A stretch of DNA of 64,000 nt from Octopus vulgaris. Lineage: Eukaryota. Shown here piece after piece: positions 41,766 to 53,425 of this stretch. Location: contig OX597823.1 of assembly GCA_951406725.2 (NCBI GenBank), positions 31,682,001 to 31,746,000 on the forward strand, read 5' to 3'. Within the stretch, counting starts at the first letter, position 1. Each line of letters starts with the position of its first letter. Below the pieces are notes generated by a model. That model was not told the origin of the DNA, did no database searches, and saw only the letters and a list, made by a program, of their open reading frames with translations. The position numbers and the translations under genes were made by a program.

Positions 41766-42230
41766 GAGTTCATGGCTGTTTCCTGCACCAGCTTCACATA
41801 GCAGCCCCAGCCCATCCAAAGTACCTTGGATCACAGGATGGCCTGCTGTGCTTGAGGAGAACTATTGAGTACATCAACATCAAAATAAAAATCAAATGGA
41901 AATTGTAGTTGTGATACCTTTGCTGGTGGCACGTAAAAAGCATCATCTGAACATGGCCGATGCCAGCGCCGCCTTGACTAGCTTCCATGCCGGTGGCACG
42001 TAAAAAGCACCAACCAATCGTGGCCGTTGCCAGCCTCCCCAGGCACCTGTGCCAGTGGCACATAAAAAGCACCCACTACACTCCCGGAGTGGTTGGCGTT
42101 AGGAAGGGCATCCAGCTATAGAAACACCGTCAGATCAGGCTGGAGCCTTGTGCAGCCTCCTGGTTTCCCAGACCCCGGTCAAACCATCCAACCCATGCCA
42201 GCATGGAAAACGGATGTTAAATGATAATGA
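40381..42230 (+). mobile_element. 5'-truncated RTE-clade LINE (RT domain, C-terminus, 3' UTR, short GAT/AAT tail)
   Basis: Frameshifted ORFs give the RT motifs QFGFVPGRSTTDAIF, DL/EKAFDRVPR, GVHQGSALSPHLF, LLYADDL, VNVAKTK and FRYLG. RTE-type C-terminal motifs follow (AMLYDSETW, RRLRWYSHV). The 3' UTR ends in CATGGAAAACGGATGTTAAATGATAATGA. Confidence 0.95.
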
Positions 42231-42362
42231 CTTTGAAATTTTAAAACATCTTAGTACAGTAGTCCCTCTCTATATCATGATTCATCAATCACAGTTTATT
42301 ATTTAAGCTTACATTGATTCTTCCATGGTGTTGTTTTGCATTTATGATAACATAAATACATA

Positions 42363-42626
42363 AGAGCAGAGGAACATCACAAAGCTGTGACACGAGGAGA
42401 TATTGATAAATTGAGTATAGCTGATCATGTATGGAAAAATAGAGACCATGTCCCCCTGTGAGATAAAGTTAAAATAATAGACAGAGAACACCACTGGAAA
42501 ATACAAAAATTAAAAGAAGCAGCACATATGCTAGGACACAACAACCTCCTAAGCAGACTGAGTGCAGATATGAGCAGCATATGGGAACTGGTATTAAGGA
42601 AAGAGAGGAAAATATTAGATTTATAA
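42363..42626 (+). pseudogene. Penelope-like element GIY-YIG endonuclease, C-terminal part (Penelope/Poseidon-like)
   Basis: Manual translation: RAEEHHKAVTRGDIDKLSIADHVWKNRDHVPL*DKVKIIDREHHWKIQKLKEAAHMLGHNNLLSRLSADMSSIWELVLRKERKILDL*. This fits the R..EH / S.IA.H.W / H...W..V.I...E..W...KEA.H / W..L pattern of PLE endonucleases. One TGA (42459-42461) lies at a conserved Trp position. Not listed in the ORF track. Confidence 0.85.
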
Positions 42627-42648
42627 GCCCTAAAATTCACTCCATAAT

Positions 42649-42900
42649 TGCCCACGGGCATATGGCATAGTGTTTAAGAGCGTGGGGGCTCCTAACCTCA
42701 AGATTTCGAGTTCAATTCCAGACAGTGACTTGAATAATAATAATAATGATAATAACAACATGGAAAAATACCTTAGGAATGAGAACCCAGGTTTGAAATT
42801 TCTCCAAGACACCTGAAGAAGGGTGGAGAGTATATTAGCCGAAATGTGTTAACAACAAACAAGATGAGGACAAATATCCGTCAAGTGTAAATAATGTAAA
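42649..42900 (+). mobile_element. tRNA-headed, hammerhead-bearing module (copy 1), directly 3' of the PLE endonuclease
   Basis: A-box TGGCATAGTGT (42663-42673), anticodon-like loop CT-CCT-AA and B-box GAGTTCAATTCC (42708-42719). Then an (AAT)n spacer and ACAC-CTGAAGA-A-GGGTG..TAGCC-GAAA-TGTGT (42809-42849). Confidence 0.85.
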
Positions 42901-43193
42901 TATATACAAATTATGAAAAATAATAAAAAAATATACAGTACAGTACTGTTTCTTTCTACTTTGCAGATTTTAACCTATCGTGGGGAGTTTTGAAACATAA
43001 CACCTGCGATAGTTAAGGGATTAATGTACTTTCCATCTTTACTGTATTCTTATTAGTAATACCTGAGACTTTAATCCTTAATGCTTGAACACCAATGAGT
43101 TCATATCAATGTCCTTATTTTGAAACTTGGCCTTTGGATTTCTCACCTCCAAAAAACAGCACCTGTGAGAAAACCTTTTACATGCTCAGAATT

Positions 43194-43625
43194 ATCATCA
43201 TCATCATTTAACGTCCATTGTCCATGCTGGCATGGGTTGGACAGTTTAACCAGGGCTGGCAAGCTGGAAGGCTGCACCAAACTCCAGTCTGATTTGGCAT
43301 GGTTTCTGCAGCTGGCTGCCCTTCCTAACGACAACCACCCCGAGAGTATAATGAGTGCTTTTATGTGTCAATGGCACAGGTGCCATTTGTGTGACATTGG
43401 TATCTGCCACGACTGTGATTTTGTTCTGCTTGATGGGTCTTCTTCTCAAGCACAACATAATGTCAAAGGTCTCAGTCATTGCTTCCGTGAAGCCCAACAC
43501 TCAAAAGGAACTCAGCCACTTTGCCTCCCTCAGGCCCAACCCTTGAAAGGGAACTCAACCACTTTGCCTCCCTCAGGCCCAATGCTTGAAAGGAACTCAG
43601 CCACTTCACTTCCCTCAGGCCCAAA
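43194..43625 (-). mobile_element. RTE-derived non-autonomous element with three 42-43 bp tandem units at its 5' end
   Basis: The tail matches 42070-42230. The units CCCAAC..GAACTCAGCCACTTTGCCTCCCTCAGG at 43493-43624 adjoin sequence homologous to 41680-41720. Confidence 0.8.
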
Positions 43626-44563
43626 TGAAATAAATTATTTTCATTCATTATTAACTGTCAGGACACATCATTCTTCAACAATTCCATCCTTCTCAAAATT
43701 CACCAACAGACTCCAGACATGCTTTTGTATACTTTCCTTCATATGGATGTTTTATATGTACTTTATGTATTGTTACTGTCTGTCTTTATTCTACTTTTTT
43801 ATTACCATTTTCTATCTTCTCTTTTAGTCATTCTGGATGAGCTGTAGTGCACCTGATCACCGAATACAATAAATTGTTTATTATTTTTTCTATTATTATT
43901 ATTATTATTATTATACACACCATATTCCCCAGTTCTCACAGTGTTTTTATTGTCTTATTTTCATAATTTCTTCACAGACACAAAAAAAAAATTCAATTAT
44001 TAATTCTTGTTATTACCTGACTATTATTACGTTTCATTTTGCTATGGTATTGGTGTTATTTTCTTTATTATCTTTTCAACCATTCCAATTAACCTTTTTA
44101 TGATTTTTTTTCACCTCTGACTTTCTCATCCACCTTAATCTTCTTATTTCATATTTACTTTTCTTTACACACATATTTAGTGTGTGTGTGTGTGTATTGA
44201 TACTGGAGTGTCTTCACAGTATTACAGATTACCAGGCAAAGCAATGCACAGGGGATTCTACATATACAACCACAGCATACAAAGGTTAACTATAAGACCC
44301 CTAAATCCCCACACACACACACACCACTCCACACAACTGTCCAGTATGCCAATCTTTAAGATGTATGTATAAAGTACTATATATATGTCTATGTAATATT
44401 TTCATGTACATATGCATATACACACACAAATATTGAGCACAGCCACATGACTGAAACACAAACACACACAGACACAGACACACACACACACATGCACAGA
44501 GGATTTGAAAAATTACAATATATAAGGATAAGACATGTTATTTGGTCTCTAATTCATATGTTA

Positions 44564-44656
44564 ATGTTTTGGCGTATCCGCTGATGAAAACTTCGCCTTG
44601 CAAATTATTTTATTTGCTAATTAAAGTTTGAAACCTAAGGTCTGGCTGTAAAACAT
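44564..44656 (+). ncRNA. Type I hammerhead ribozyme motif, near canonical
   Basis: Core CTGATGA (44581-44587); stem II AAACTT/AAGTTT with inner GCAAAT/ATTTGC; GAAA (44630-44633); stem III CC-TAA-GG; GUC triplet ending at 44642; stem I CCG/TGG extended by ATGTTTT/AAAACAT. Confidence 0.8.
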
Positions 44657-44783
44657 GGTAAATGTTTTTATTTTTCATTCCCTTCAAAATTGCTCTTAAC
44701 TGTGGTTTGGACTTTTTGACTGTTCTTTCTAGTATGTTAGGCAACCTGTTAAGGCTCACCTCTTTGTGTACAAATGTACACTA

Positions 44784-44821
<38 letters not shown>

Positions 44822-44824
<3 letters not shown>

Positions 44825-45195
44825 TGTAGGAGTGGCTGTGTGGTAAGTAGCTTGCTTACGAACCACATGGTTCCGGGTTCAGTCCCACTGTGTGGTACCT
44901 TGGGTAAGTGTCTTCTACTATAGCCTCGGGCCGACCAAAGCCTTATGAGTCGATTTTGTAGACAGAAACTGAAAGAAGCCTGTTGTATATATGTGTGTCT
45001 GTGTTTGTCCCCCACCAACATCGCTTGACAACCAATGCTGGTGTGTTTACGACCCCCATAACTTAGCAGTTCGGTAAAAGAAATCGATAGAATACATACT
45101 AGGCTTACAAAGAATAAGTCCTGGGGTCGATTTGCTCGACTAAAGGTGGTGCCCAGCATGGCCGCAGTCAAATGACTGAAACAAGTAAAAGAGTA
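44822..45195 (+). mobile_element. SINE family A, full length
   Basis: GGAGTGGCTGTGTGGTAAG..GGTTCAGTCCC..CCTTGGGTAAGTG..GACTGAAACAAGTAAAAGAG, with TA tracts on both sides. Confidence 0.93.
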
Positions 45196-45607
45196 TATAT
45201 ATATATATATATATATATACATAAGATTGATATACACATATATTTCTAATTCTGCTAAGCTACAGCTGTAGCAATAACCAAGTTGTTAGAACTCAATATA
45301 TTTATACTTCACAAAATTAGCAAAGACCCAACAGTGAGGGGGCATGAATTATGAGATGTTCACCCTTGACTCTTATTATTAAATCAACAAGTCAGTACAG
45401 CGCTTGATATTAATTATAATTATTACTCTAGAGAAGCTGTAAGATGTTACATATTGGCACATACACTTATCCATCTTTGGTTCTTTCTTTGTTTTCTTGC
45501 TGAGGCATCTTTCTACAGATATATTCCATAAAACCAACCAGTCTTTTAATACTTCACTGATTTCTTTATATTTAACTATGCAGAGTCAAGATATTTACTT
45601 TACACAT

Positions 45608-46012
45608 CAACATCATTTTAACGTCCTGTTTTCCAGGCCAGGATGGGTCAGATGAAATTCGTTGGGGCAGATTTTCAATGGCCAGATGCCCCTTCTTGTT
45701 GCCAATGCTCAGCAGTTTCCAAGCAAGTTAATATTCCCTGTGACCAGGCATGTTTTCCATGGAAGGCACCTCTGCTTATATGGCAGTGGCATTTGTCTAC
45801 AATTACCACATAAAAGCAGGACAAGGAGACACATGCACATTCATATCTATATGTGTGAGTGTGTGTGATGAGCTTCTTTCAGTTTCCTTCTTCGAAATCC
45901 ACTCACAAGACTTTGGTTGGCCTGCGGTTATAGCAGAAGATGCCACATGGCAGGACTGAACCTACAACCATATGTTTGGGAAGCAGACTTCTTTAACTAC
46001 ACAGCCATGCCT
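45608..46012 (-). mobile_element. SINE A head + RTE-tail-like 3' module (chimeric type)
   Basis: A 5' half at 45865-46012. The module at 45608-45830 ends in GGACGTTAAAATGATG on the minus strand. Confidence 0.7.
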
Positions 46013-46072
46013 TCACATTGTAATGTAATATCTCTACGATGTCTTAGTCACCGTTGTTGTTGTTATTATTGT

Positions 46073-46423
46073 GGAGGTGCAATGGCCCAGTGGTTAGGGC
46101 AGCAGACTTGCGGTCATAGAATCGCGGTTTCGTTTCCCAGACCAGGCGTTGTGAGTGTTTATTGAGTGAAAGCACCTAAAGCTACACAAGGTTCAGGCAG
46201 GGGGTGGTAGCGAACCCTGCTGCATTCTTTCACCACAACTGTCTCTTACTCTTTCTTCCTGTTTCTTTTGTACCTGTATTTCAAAGGGCCAGCCTTGTCA
46301 CACTGAATCTCTCCAAGAACTACGTTAAGGGTACACGTGTCTGTGGAGTGCTCAGCCACTTGCACGTTAATTTCACGAGCAAGCTGTTCCGTTGATCAGA
46401 TTAACTGGAACCCTCATCGTACC
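46073..46423 (+). mobile_element. tRNA-derived SINE of a fourth family
   Basis: A-box TGGCCCAGTGG and B-box-like GTTTCGTTTCCC, followed by an unrelated body. No acceptor stem. Confidence 0.65.
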
Positions 46424-46965
46424 ACAATATTATTATTATTATTACTATTATAATTCCATTCAATATATCCTGTTTTAATCCTCTAACTAAAAGTGAGTGA
46501 CTCTATTCTTTTATCTAACAATCCTGATTGGTTTGAAAATAGTTTTATTGACGCTTTAATATCAATCAGTACCTTCTCTTTTACCCAGATCTTTGATGCT
46601 TTTTAATGTTATATATTTTATGTTGTTACTAAATTTAAGAAACCTTTCATCTACCTTCCTTTTTAGCACTTTTAGCATTTAAATACAGAAATTTACTACC
46701 CTTATTCAATTCCACAACACTTCCTCCCACCCCTCACCTAAGATTTTGTTTATTTCTTCTGGTTTATTAATTACTCTTTAGTTTCTTACCTTTTTCATTT
46801 GTTATTCATTTTTAATCTCACAGTTTATTTATTATCTACGGTTTCTTACTCCCATAGTTATATATCTGGTTCATTATTTAAAAACTTTCAGTATTTATCC
46901 CACTCCTTTCTGAATGGATTATGCCTTGCAATCTTCTTCTTCTTATTATTATTATTATTCAAGTG

Positions 46966-48325
46966 AAGGCTGCGAGCTGGCAGAGTCGTTAGCTTGCCAG
47001 GCAAAATGCTTAGCAGTATTTCATCTGTCTTCATGTTCTGAGTTCAAATTCCGCCAAAGTTAACTTTGCTTTCCATACTTTTGGGGTCGATAAATTAAGT
47101 ACCAGCGAAACACTGGGATCGATGTAGTTGACTAGTCCCCTCCCCATAATGGTTGTCCTTGTGACAAAATTTGAAGCTATTATTATTTTTCAAATGTGCC
47201 TCTAGATCAATGGTGAATGAAATGGAGAGGGTTCTTGCCCTAGAGGTCATGACAATTGTGGTTTTGTGAGGTTTCCATGAGCAGTGCTTGAAAGTCTCCC
47301 TCTGAAACCATTATTATTGACCTTCATGGAATTTGAACTCAGCACATAGAGCTGGTATTCCTTCCAGCTTTTAACATTCTGAGTCCTTTTCTTCGTGGTC
47401 AATAAAACCAAGAAGCAGTCAAGTACCAGGGACAATATAATCACTAACCGTCACCCATGCTGACCTTGTGTCACAGTTTAGTGCTGCCTCACAATTTTGC
47501 TAAAAGGTGACTGTAGCACAAATGGCCCAAGTGAATGGGCCCACTCTAAGCATGCACCTCTAGATTGAGGGTAGATGAAATGTACAGGGCATTTACCCCA
47601 GAGGTCAGGGCGATTGTACTTTTTGTGGGGTTTCCATAAGCAGCCCATTTTTGCGGATTTGTTATAATTTTGTAGGTGAGGGTGATTGTGCTTTTTTGTG
47701 GGGTTTCCACAAGCAGCCCTTGGAAGTCTCCCTTTTTGGGGGGATTTGTTATAATTTTGTTATTATTCTGTTTTTACATGCTTCAGTCACACTCTATTTG
47801 TATTGTGTTATCCTGTGCCGTTCCCAATCTTTTATATGAACCCTCAGGGGTGAATTATTATTATTATTGAGGCAGTTAGCTGGCAGAATCATTAGCATGC
47901 CAGGCAAAATATTTAACAGCATTTCATTGTTTTGGGGTCAATAAAATAAGGACCAGTTGAGCACTGGGGTCAGTGTAATTGATTTACCCCCTCTCCCAAA
48001 ATTGCTGGCCTTGTGCTAAAATTTGAAATCATCATTATTGCATTCTCTGCCTTTCGTCCTTTTGGGGTTGATAAAATAAAGTACCAGCCAAGCACTGGGG
48101 GTTAATTTGACTCGCCCCTTCCCTCAAATCTGCTAGCCTTGGGCCTAAATCAGAAACAATTATCATTTTGGCTTTTCACATTCTGAGTTCAAATCCTGTT
48201 GTCCCAGCTTCACCTAACACCCCTCTGTGGTTCATGAAACAACTTACCAGTCAAAAACTGAGGTTGGTGTAAATTGACATGCCCTGCCCCTCAAAACTGC
48301 AGGCCTTATGTGTTAGAATTAGAAA
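46966..48325 (+). mobile_element. Cluster of SINE B copies (about 46966-47180, 47330-47470, 47865-48030, 48045-48160, 48170-48325)
   Basis: Repeated GAGTTCAAAT / GGGGT(C/T)GATAAA / AGTACCAG / CTGGGGTC / GGCCTTGTG motifs. Confidence 0.8.
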
Positions 48326-48966
48326 AAAATCACCACCATCATCTGCATCGTCATCATCATCACCATCATTATCATCTGCATCAGTATTTAAGTATTTTTA
48401 TTTTTCTCCAATTACTTTAACTTCATTCATCTTTTCCTTCTTATCTACATAAATTTTACTATTGATTTTTCTCAGCCACCCATATTCAAATGTGTGTGTG
48501 TGTGTGTGTGTGTGTATTTCCAGTAACCACTTTTTCTACTTCCTAATACGACGCTGATTTCCTCGCAGGTATATATATTTAATCTCTCTGCTAATTAGCA
48601 TTCTACTTTATTAATGAACCTTTACCATTTATTTTTGCTTCATATAATAAAGCGAGTTCCATAGTGGTTATGTAAGCCACATCATTTTGGGGAGAATCAT
48701 TCGGTGCATCACCTTGTCATTCCCGTTTAACTTCCGCACAATCCTAAATGTAGTCATTTTACCTTTAGATATAATATCTCACCTAACGAGGCCTTACATC
48801 ATAACATTTAATCATTTTTTTTTAATATATATATATTTTACTTCATTTTAAATTAAGTAAATTCTGGAGATGTACTTGCATAGCAAGTGACCTGATCTGA
48901 GATTGTGTGCTGAAACGAAAACAACTGCAGCATGGAAGGTGCTTATAAGCCATTTAAAACACACAG

Positions 48967-49137
48967 AACTGTTAGATTCACTTCAACATTTAAATTTAAT
49001 TTACCAAAATATTTTTGTCACTTTGAGACCACGACCTGTTCACAGCATAAAATTTTATCAGTGAACAGGTCGCGGTTTCAAAACAACGAAAATATTTTGG
49101 CAAATTAAATTTAAATGTTGAAGTGAATGTAACAGTT
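48967..49137. repeat. Palindromic MITE-like element (77-bp arms, 17-nt loop)
   Basis: Arms 48967-49043 and 49061-49137. Confidence 0.9.
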
Positions 49138-49163
49138 TTTAAGTAAATTCTAATGGCCCTAAA

Positions 49164-49366
49164 CCCTCTTGATATCAAACTGCTCCTGGTTTTAAGAGAC
49201 AAACCTCCTGCTTTAAAACAATCCAAGTTACATCTTCTATCAAAACATCATGTTAATTTACGTTTCAAATACCAGATTAATAGTAACAAAGTTATTCTTT
49301 TAAATTCTTCAAAGTTAACTGAAACAAAAGCAGTTTATTTCAATAGAAATTTGGAAACAAAAGAAT
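49164..49366. mobile_element. piggyBac-like MITE, diverged copy
   Basis: CCCTCTTGATATC ... AAACAAAAGAAT-TTAA, with the same core. Confidence 0.55.
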
Positions 49367-50859
49367 TTAAAAGCCTTGATTAGATAACACAACCCTCTTC
49401 TCTCTTCACAGCCTCCCTATCACTTGGCTTTTACACCTCTGCACCCCTTCTCTCTCTCTCTTTCTCCCATTCTATTTCCTCTAGCTCACTCTTTCTCATC
49501 ACAACTTCCTCCTCCTCTTTCACATATTTCCCCCCCCCCCCGTTTCAAAAACTATTTTATTTTAAACCAAAGAACATAGAAAACTCCTTGATAAAAAAAT
49601 AACAAGCCCCTAATCTATGCCCCCACCACCACTACCACACACACACATTCTCAACTGTTCCTTTGATTTCATTCCACAGTCAAAATAGTTTAAAGGATTT
49701 GCTGTATACATCATTCTATAATACATTTTCAATAATTTTCCAAGCAATCACAATAGGAAGGCAAACAGAAGTGGACCAGTATATTTCTCATGGATAATTT
49801 GTATACAGACCTTTCTAGAGCGTGTTCAGTTTTTGACACAAAGATGACTATATACAACGGAAAACAATTCTCAGGGTACATATGAAAAGAGTACATAGTT
49901 TTTCAAAGAAGTTCTCACCTAAAATAACACCTTCACAACCGCTTATGTGGACTTTACACTAATTCGTGAATCAAACACTTCACAAAATGTTCAGAGAACC
50001 ATGAAAGCACAGAATTTAAAAAGACATTATATTTTATGTTTCTCTATGAATGTCTAATAACCTTACTGTATTCAAAATAGCTAAAATGCCCCTGGTTCGA
50101 CGCCAGTGTGTATATATATGTGTGTGTGTGTATCTGTGTGTTATTATTCTGTAGAAGGATAAAAGGTGGAAACTGCAACATCACTGTCAATTTCTTATAA
50201 ATGTTGAATAAACATGTAATCTGCTACAAAGTATTGGGTAGTTATTCAGTTTAATACTAAATTCATTTTATAGGAAGGAAAGAAGATCCAGTATCAAAAC
50301 TACCATTGTATGAAAGACAAGAATATTCTTTTCTACTCTAGGCACAAGGCCCAAAATTTTTGGGGAGGAGACCAGTCGATTAGATCGACTCCAGTACGCA
50401 ACTGGTACTTAACTTACACAACTCCAAAAGAATGAAAGGCAAAGTCGCGCAAAACACTTCATTTCACATTGCCCCAGTCCTCACTTTTGATTAGGGACGA
50501 TATTGGCCCGCTCACCTAAGCCAGCAGGGTGCTGTCATTCGAAGGCTAAAACAATGCAAATGCTCATTGTGATCAGTGATGTGTAACGTCTGATAGCTTG
50601 GTTGGTCACGTGATGAGTATTTCATAAAGATAAGGCACGTTTTAGTCATTATATTTTTACACATTTTCCTTAATAAACGTGTTTGTCCCAATCCTAATTA
50701 CTTACATTTAAATGTGTACCATCATTATGGTAAATGGTCAGTTGAATGGTCTCTTCTCTTTTTAATACTCTAAATTCTTCCAATTGAGGAAGGAGCTGGT
50801 TTCTAACAAAGACACAAAGCCGCATTGTTGGAATGTAGATAACAAAAACAACATAGCAT

Positions 50860-51070
50860 TTTAAACTTGAGAAAAGGCTTGCACATTTTTACTGTTCCAT
50901 TTACAAATTGTATTTGTTATGTGCAAGTTTGTTGGTTTCTTTTTCAAAAACTCCAGACTTCTTCAGACCGTGTCAGTTGGGCAATCGCTCCCGAAACCAA
51001 GTGTACCAATCATTATTGATACAAATGTGAATTTATAACCTGGATATTGAAGCTGGAGGTTTCGAAATAG

Positions 51071-51073
<3 letters not shown>
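50860..51073 (-). mobile_element. RLE-type non-LTR retrotransposon C-terminal fragment
   Basis: Translates QLFRNLQLQYPGYKFTFVSIMIGTLG and, after frameshifts, NGTVKMCKPFLKF. This is a typical end of RLE-bearing ORFs. Confidence 0.65.
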
Positions 51074-51102
<29 letters not shown>

Positions 51103-52119
51103 GTATGCATGCAAGCATGCGTTTAGAGATATTTCTCGAATATTTCACCCGGCAAACTTTTAAAGTACAAAAATCACAAAGCGCGAAATTCGAACCGCGG
51201 TTAGATCTATATCATGTATTGAGTACTCCAACGAACATACGCAATTTCCGCCCACCAAATTCCAGCTGGCAACGTATAGGCAACGTCAGCCCCGTGGCTA
51301 CAGCAGAAAAGACCCCTTACGCAAAGCAAGCATGGCGTGAGGTAGGATTCGAACTCGGAAACACGTGATTGCGAAATGAATCTTACTTAACCTTAAAGCC
51401 AGCCTTTGTATCTGGGGAAATGCCGCTCAATTTCATTAAAGTCTGATTTTTTAATACTTTTCTTGCAGAAATAGGTGGGGGGAAAAGGTAAAGGAAAAAT
51501 CCTGCACACACACACATATATATATATATGTGTGTGTGTGTGTGTATGCACATACACAATACATTAATATATACAAAACACGCAGCCCACATACAAACGA
51601 ACGCGCGCAAAATTAGCAGTAAAAATAAGTTAAGTGTGCGTAAAAATAGATCGTCGTCATCATTATCAACAACAACAAGCGTAACTACTCCGCCCTCCAC
51701 GCAACCACCACCATCACTACAACTTACCACACAATCCGTATCTATATTAATATTACCACCACCACCACCACCACCATCACCTCCATCCCCACCGTGTTAT
51801 TACAATCACAACCATCATAAACGCCATCACCACCATCGGCAGCAGCAGCGTGCAATAATCATCATAACAAACCACAGCCACAACCGTTACGAGAGAGGAA
51901 GAGAGAGGGGGTAAAAGCACAGTGCGGGAGTGACGGGAAGAGTAGGTATTACAATGAACATGTTAGAAGTAGCAGTTAGCACCGAATGACCCTGACCAAA
52001 GTAAACTTATGTGCACTGGACAACCTCGCTGGCTTGATCAATAAAGCTATGTGTCTGTGTGTCTGTCTGAATGTGTCTGTGGAAGTTCGTCTAAGCTCAG
52101 CTCACTCTCTTTCGTTCTT

Positions 52120-52150
<31 letters not shown>

Positions 52151-52412
52151 ATCTCTCTAACCGTTTCTATCGCTATCCTCCCCTTTCTCGCTGTACGGCA
52201 AAAGCAGGGAGAGAGAGAAAGGGAGAGAGAGACAGAGAGAGAGAGAGAGAGAAAAGAGGTTAAAACTGAGGAATACAGGAGAGTGGAATGATGAAAGAGA
52301 CGGAGGAGGAGAGAGAAAGAGAGAGAGAGACGACCAATAGGGGAAAAAAGAAAAGGAAAAGAAAATTACATCTATTTCACACACAAACATGCGTATGTAT
52401 GTGTATATATAT

Positions 52413-52582
52413 ATATCCAAATACCCATATAATAATCGACATAATATATACATCCATATATATATATATATAATATATACATCTATATGTATACACACAC
52501 ATATACATCAATAATATATATTATATATATATATATATATATATCCAAATACCCATATAATAATCGACATAAATATATACAC

Positions 52583-52622
<40 letters not shown>

Positions 52623-52726
52623 CATCTATATGTATACACACACATATACATCAATAATATATGTGTGTGAATATATTATATATATATCTCCAAATACCCA
52701 TATAATAATCGACAAATATATACACC

Positions 52727-52766
<40 letters not shown>

Positions 52767-52870
52767 AAGCTTCCCGTTTATTTTCATAAAGCTTCCCGTT
52801 ATATATATATATATATATATATATACATCTATATGTATACACACATATACATCAATAATATATATATATG
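52413..52870 (+). repeat. Tandem duplication of a microsatellite-containing unit of about 130-150 bp (3-4 copies)
   Basis: CCAAATACCCATATAATAATCGACA near 52417, 52545 and 52690; TACATCTATATGTATACAC occurs three times. Confidence 0.85.
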
Positions 52871-52978
52871 TGTGTGTGTATATTATATATATATATATAT
52901 ATATACACATACATATATATATATGCACACATCCATATTGTATGTATAGATATATATGTGTGTGTGTGTGTGTGTCTA

Positions 52979-53010
<32 letters not shown>

Positions 53011-53355
53011 CACACATACAGAGAGAGAGGTGGCTAGATAAAGAGACACAAAGCATAATAGTTTGACAGGTAATGATTAAAAGGTATAATAGAGATAGAG
53101 AGAAATAGGTGGGAAGGAGTAGTGTGGGAGGTAGATGAAGGTGAGAGGTTCAGTGGTTAGATATATGAGGAGGGGGGGGAGAACGGGGATTAACAGTAAC
53201 TGGTGAGGTGGGGGTGGGTAACTGGGCTAGTGGTAATATCTCTGCTCTGGAGAGTGTTAGGTGACGGAGGGTTAGGGTGAGAGATGAGGATGGAGAGCAA
53301 CTGGAGCAGGTTAAGAGATAAGTTAGAAAGAGACAGATTATATATATGTGTGTGC

Positions 53356-53425
<70 letters not shown>

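Larger units (their letters stand above)
42257..43026. mobile_element. Tigger/pogo-like MITE interrupted by the PLE insertion (about 42361-42900)
   Basis: Imperfect TIRs with TA flanks: TA-CAGTAGTCCCTCTCTATATC ... GATAGTTAAGGGATTAATG-TA. Confidence 0.65.

Noticed and set aside
42657-42730. Functional tRNA gene (also 46073-46150 and the SINE heads)
   Set aside because: There is no complete acceptor stem, the anticodon differs between copies (CCT vs ACT), and each head continues into a repeat body.
43120-43827. 235-aa ORF as a gene
   Set aside because: It reads through an antisense RTE tail and 42-bp tandem repeats; no recognisable domain.
51383-51470. Possible first coding exon MKLSGISPDTKAGFK with a GTAAG donor
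   Set aside because: The apparent donor overlaps a degraded SINE head (B-box at about 51345-51357), and there is no other support.
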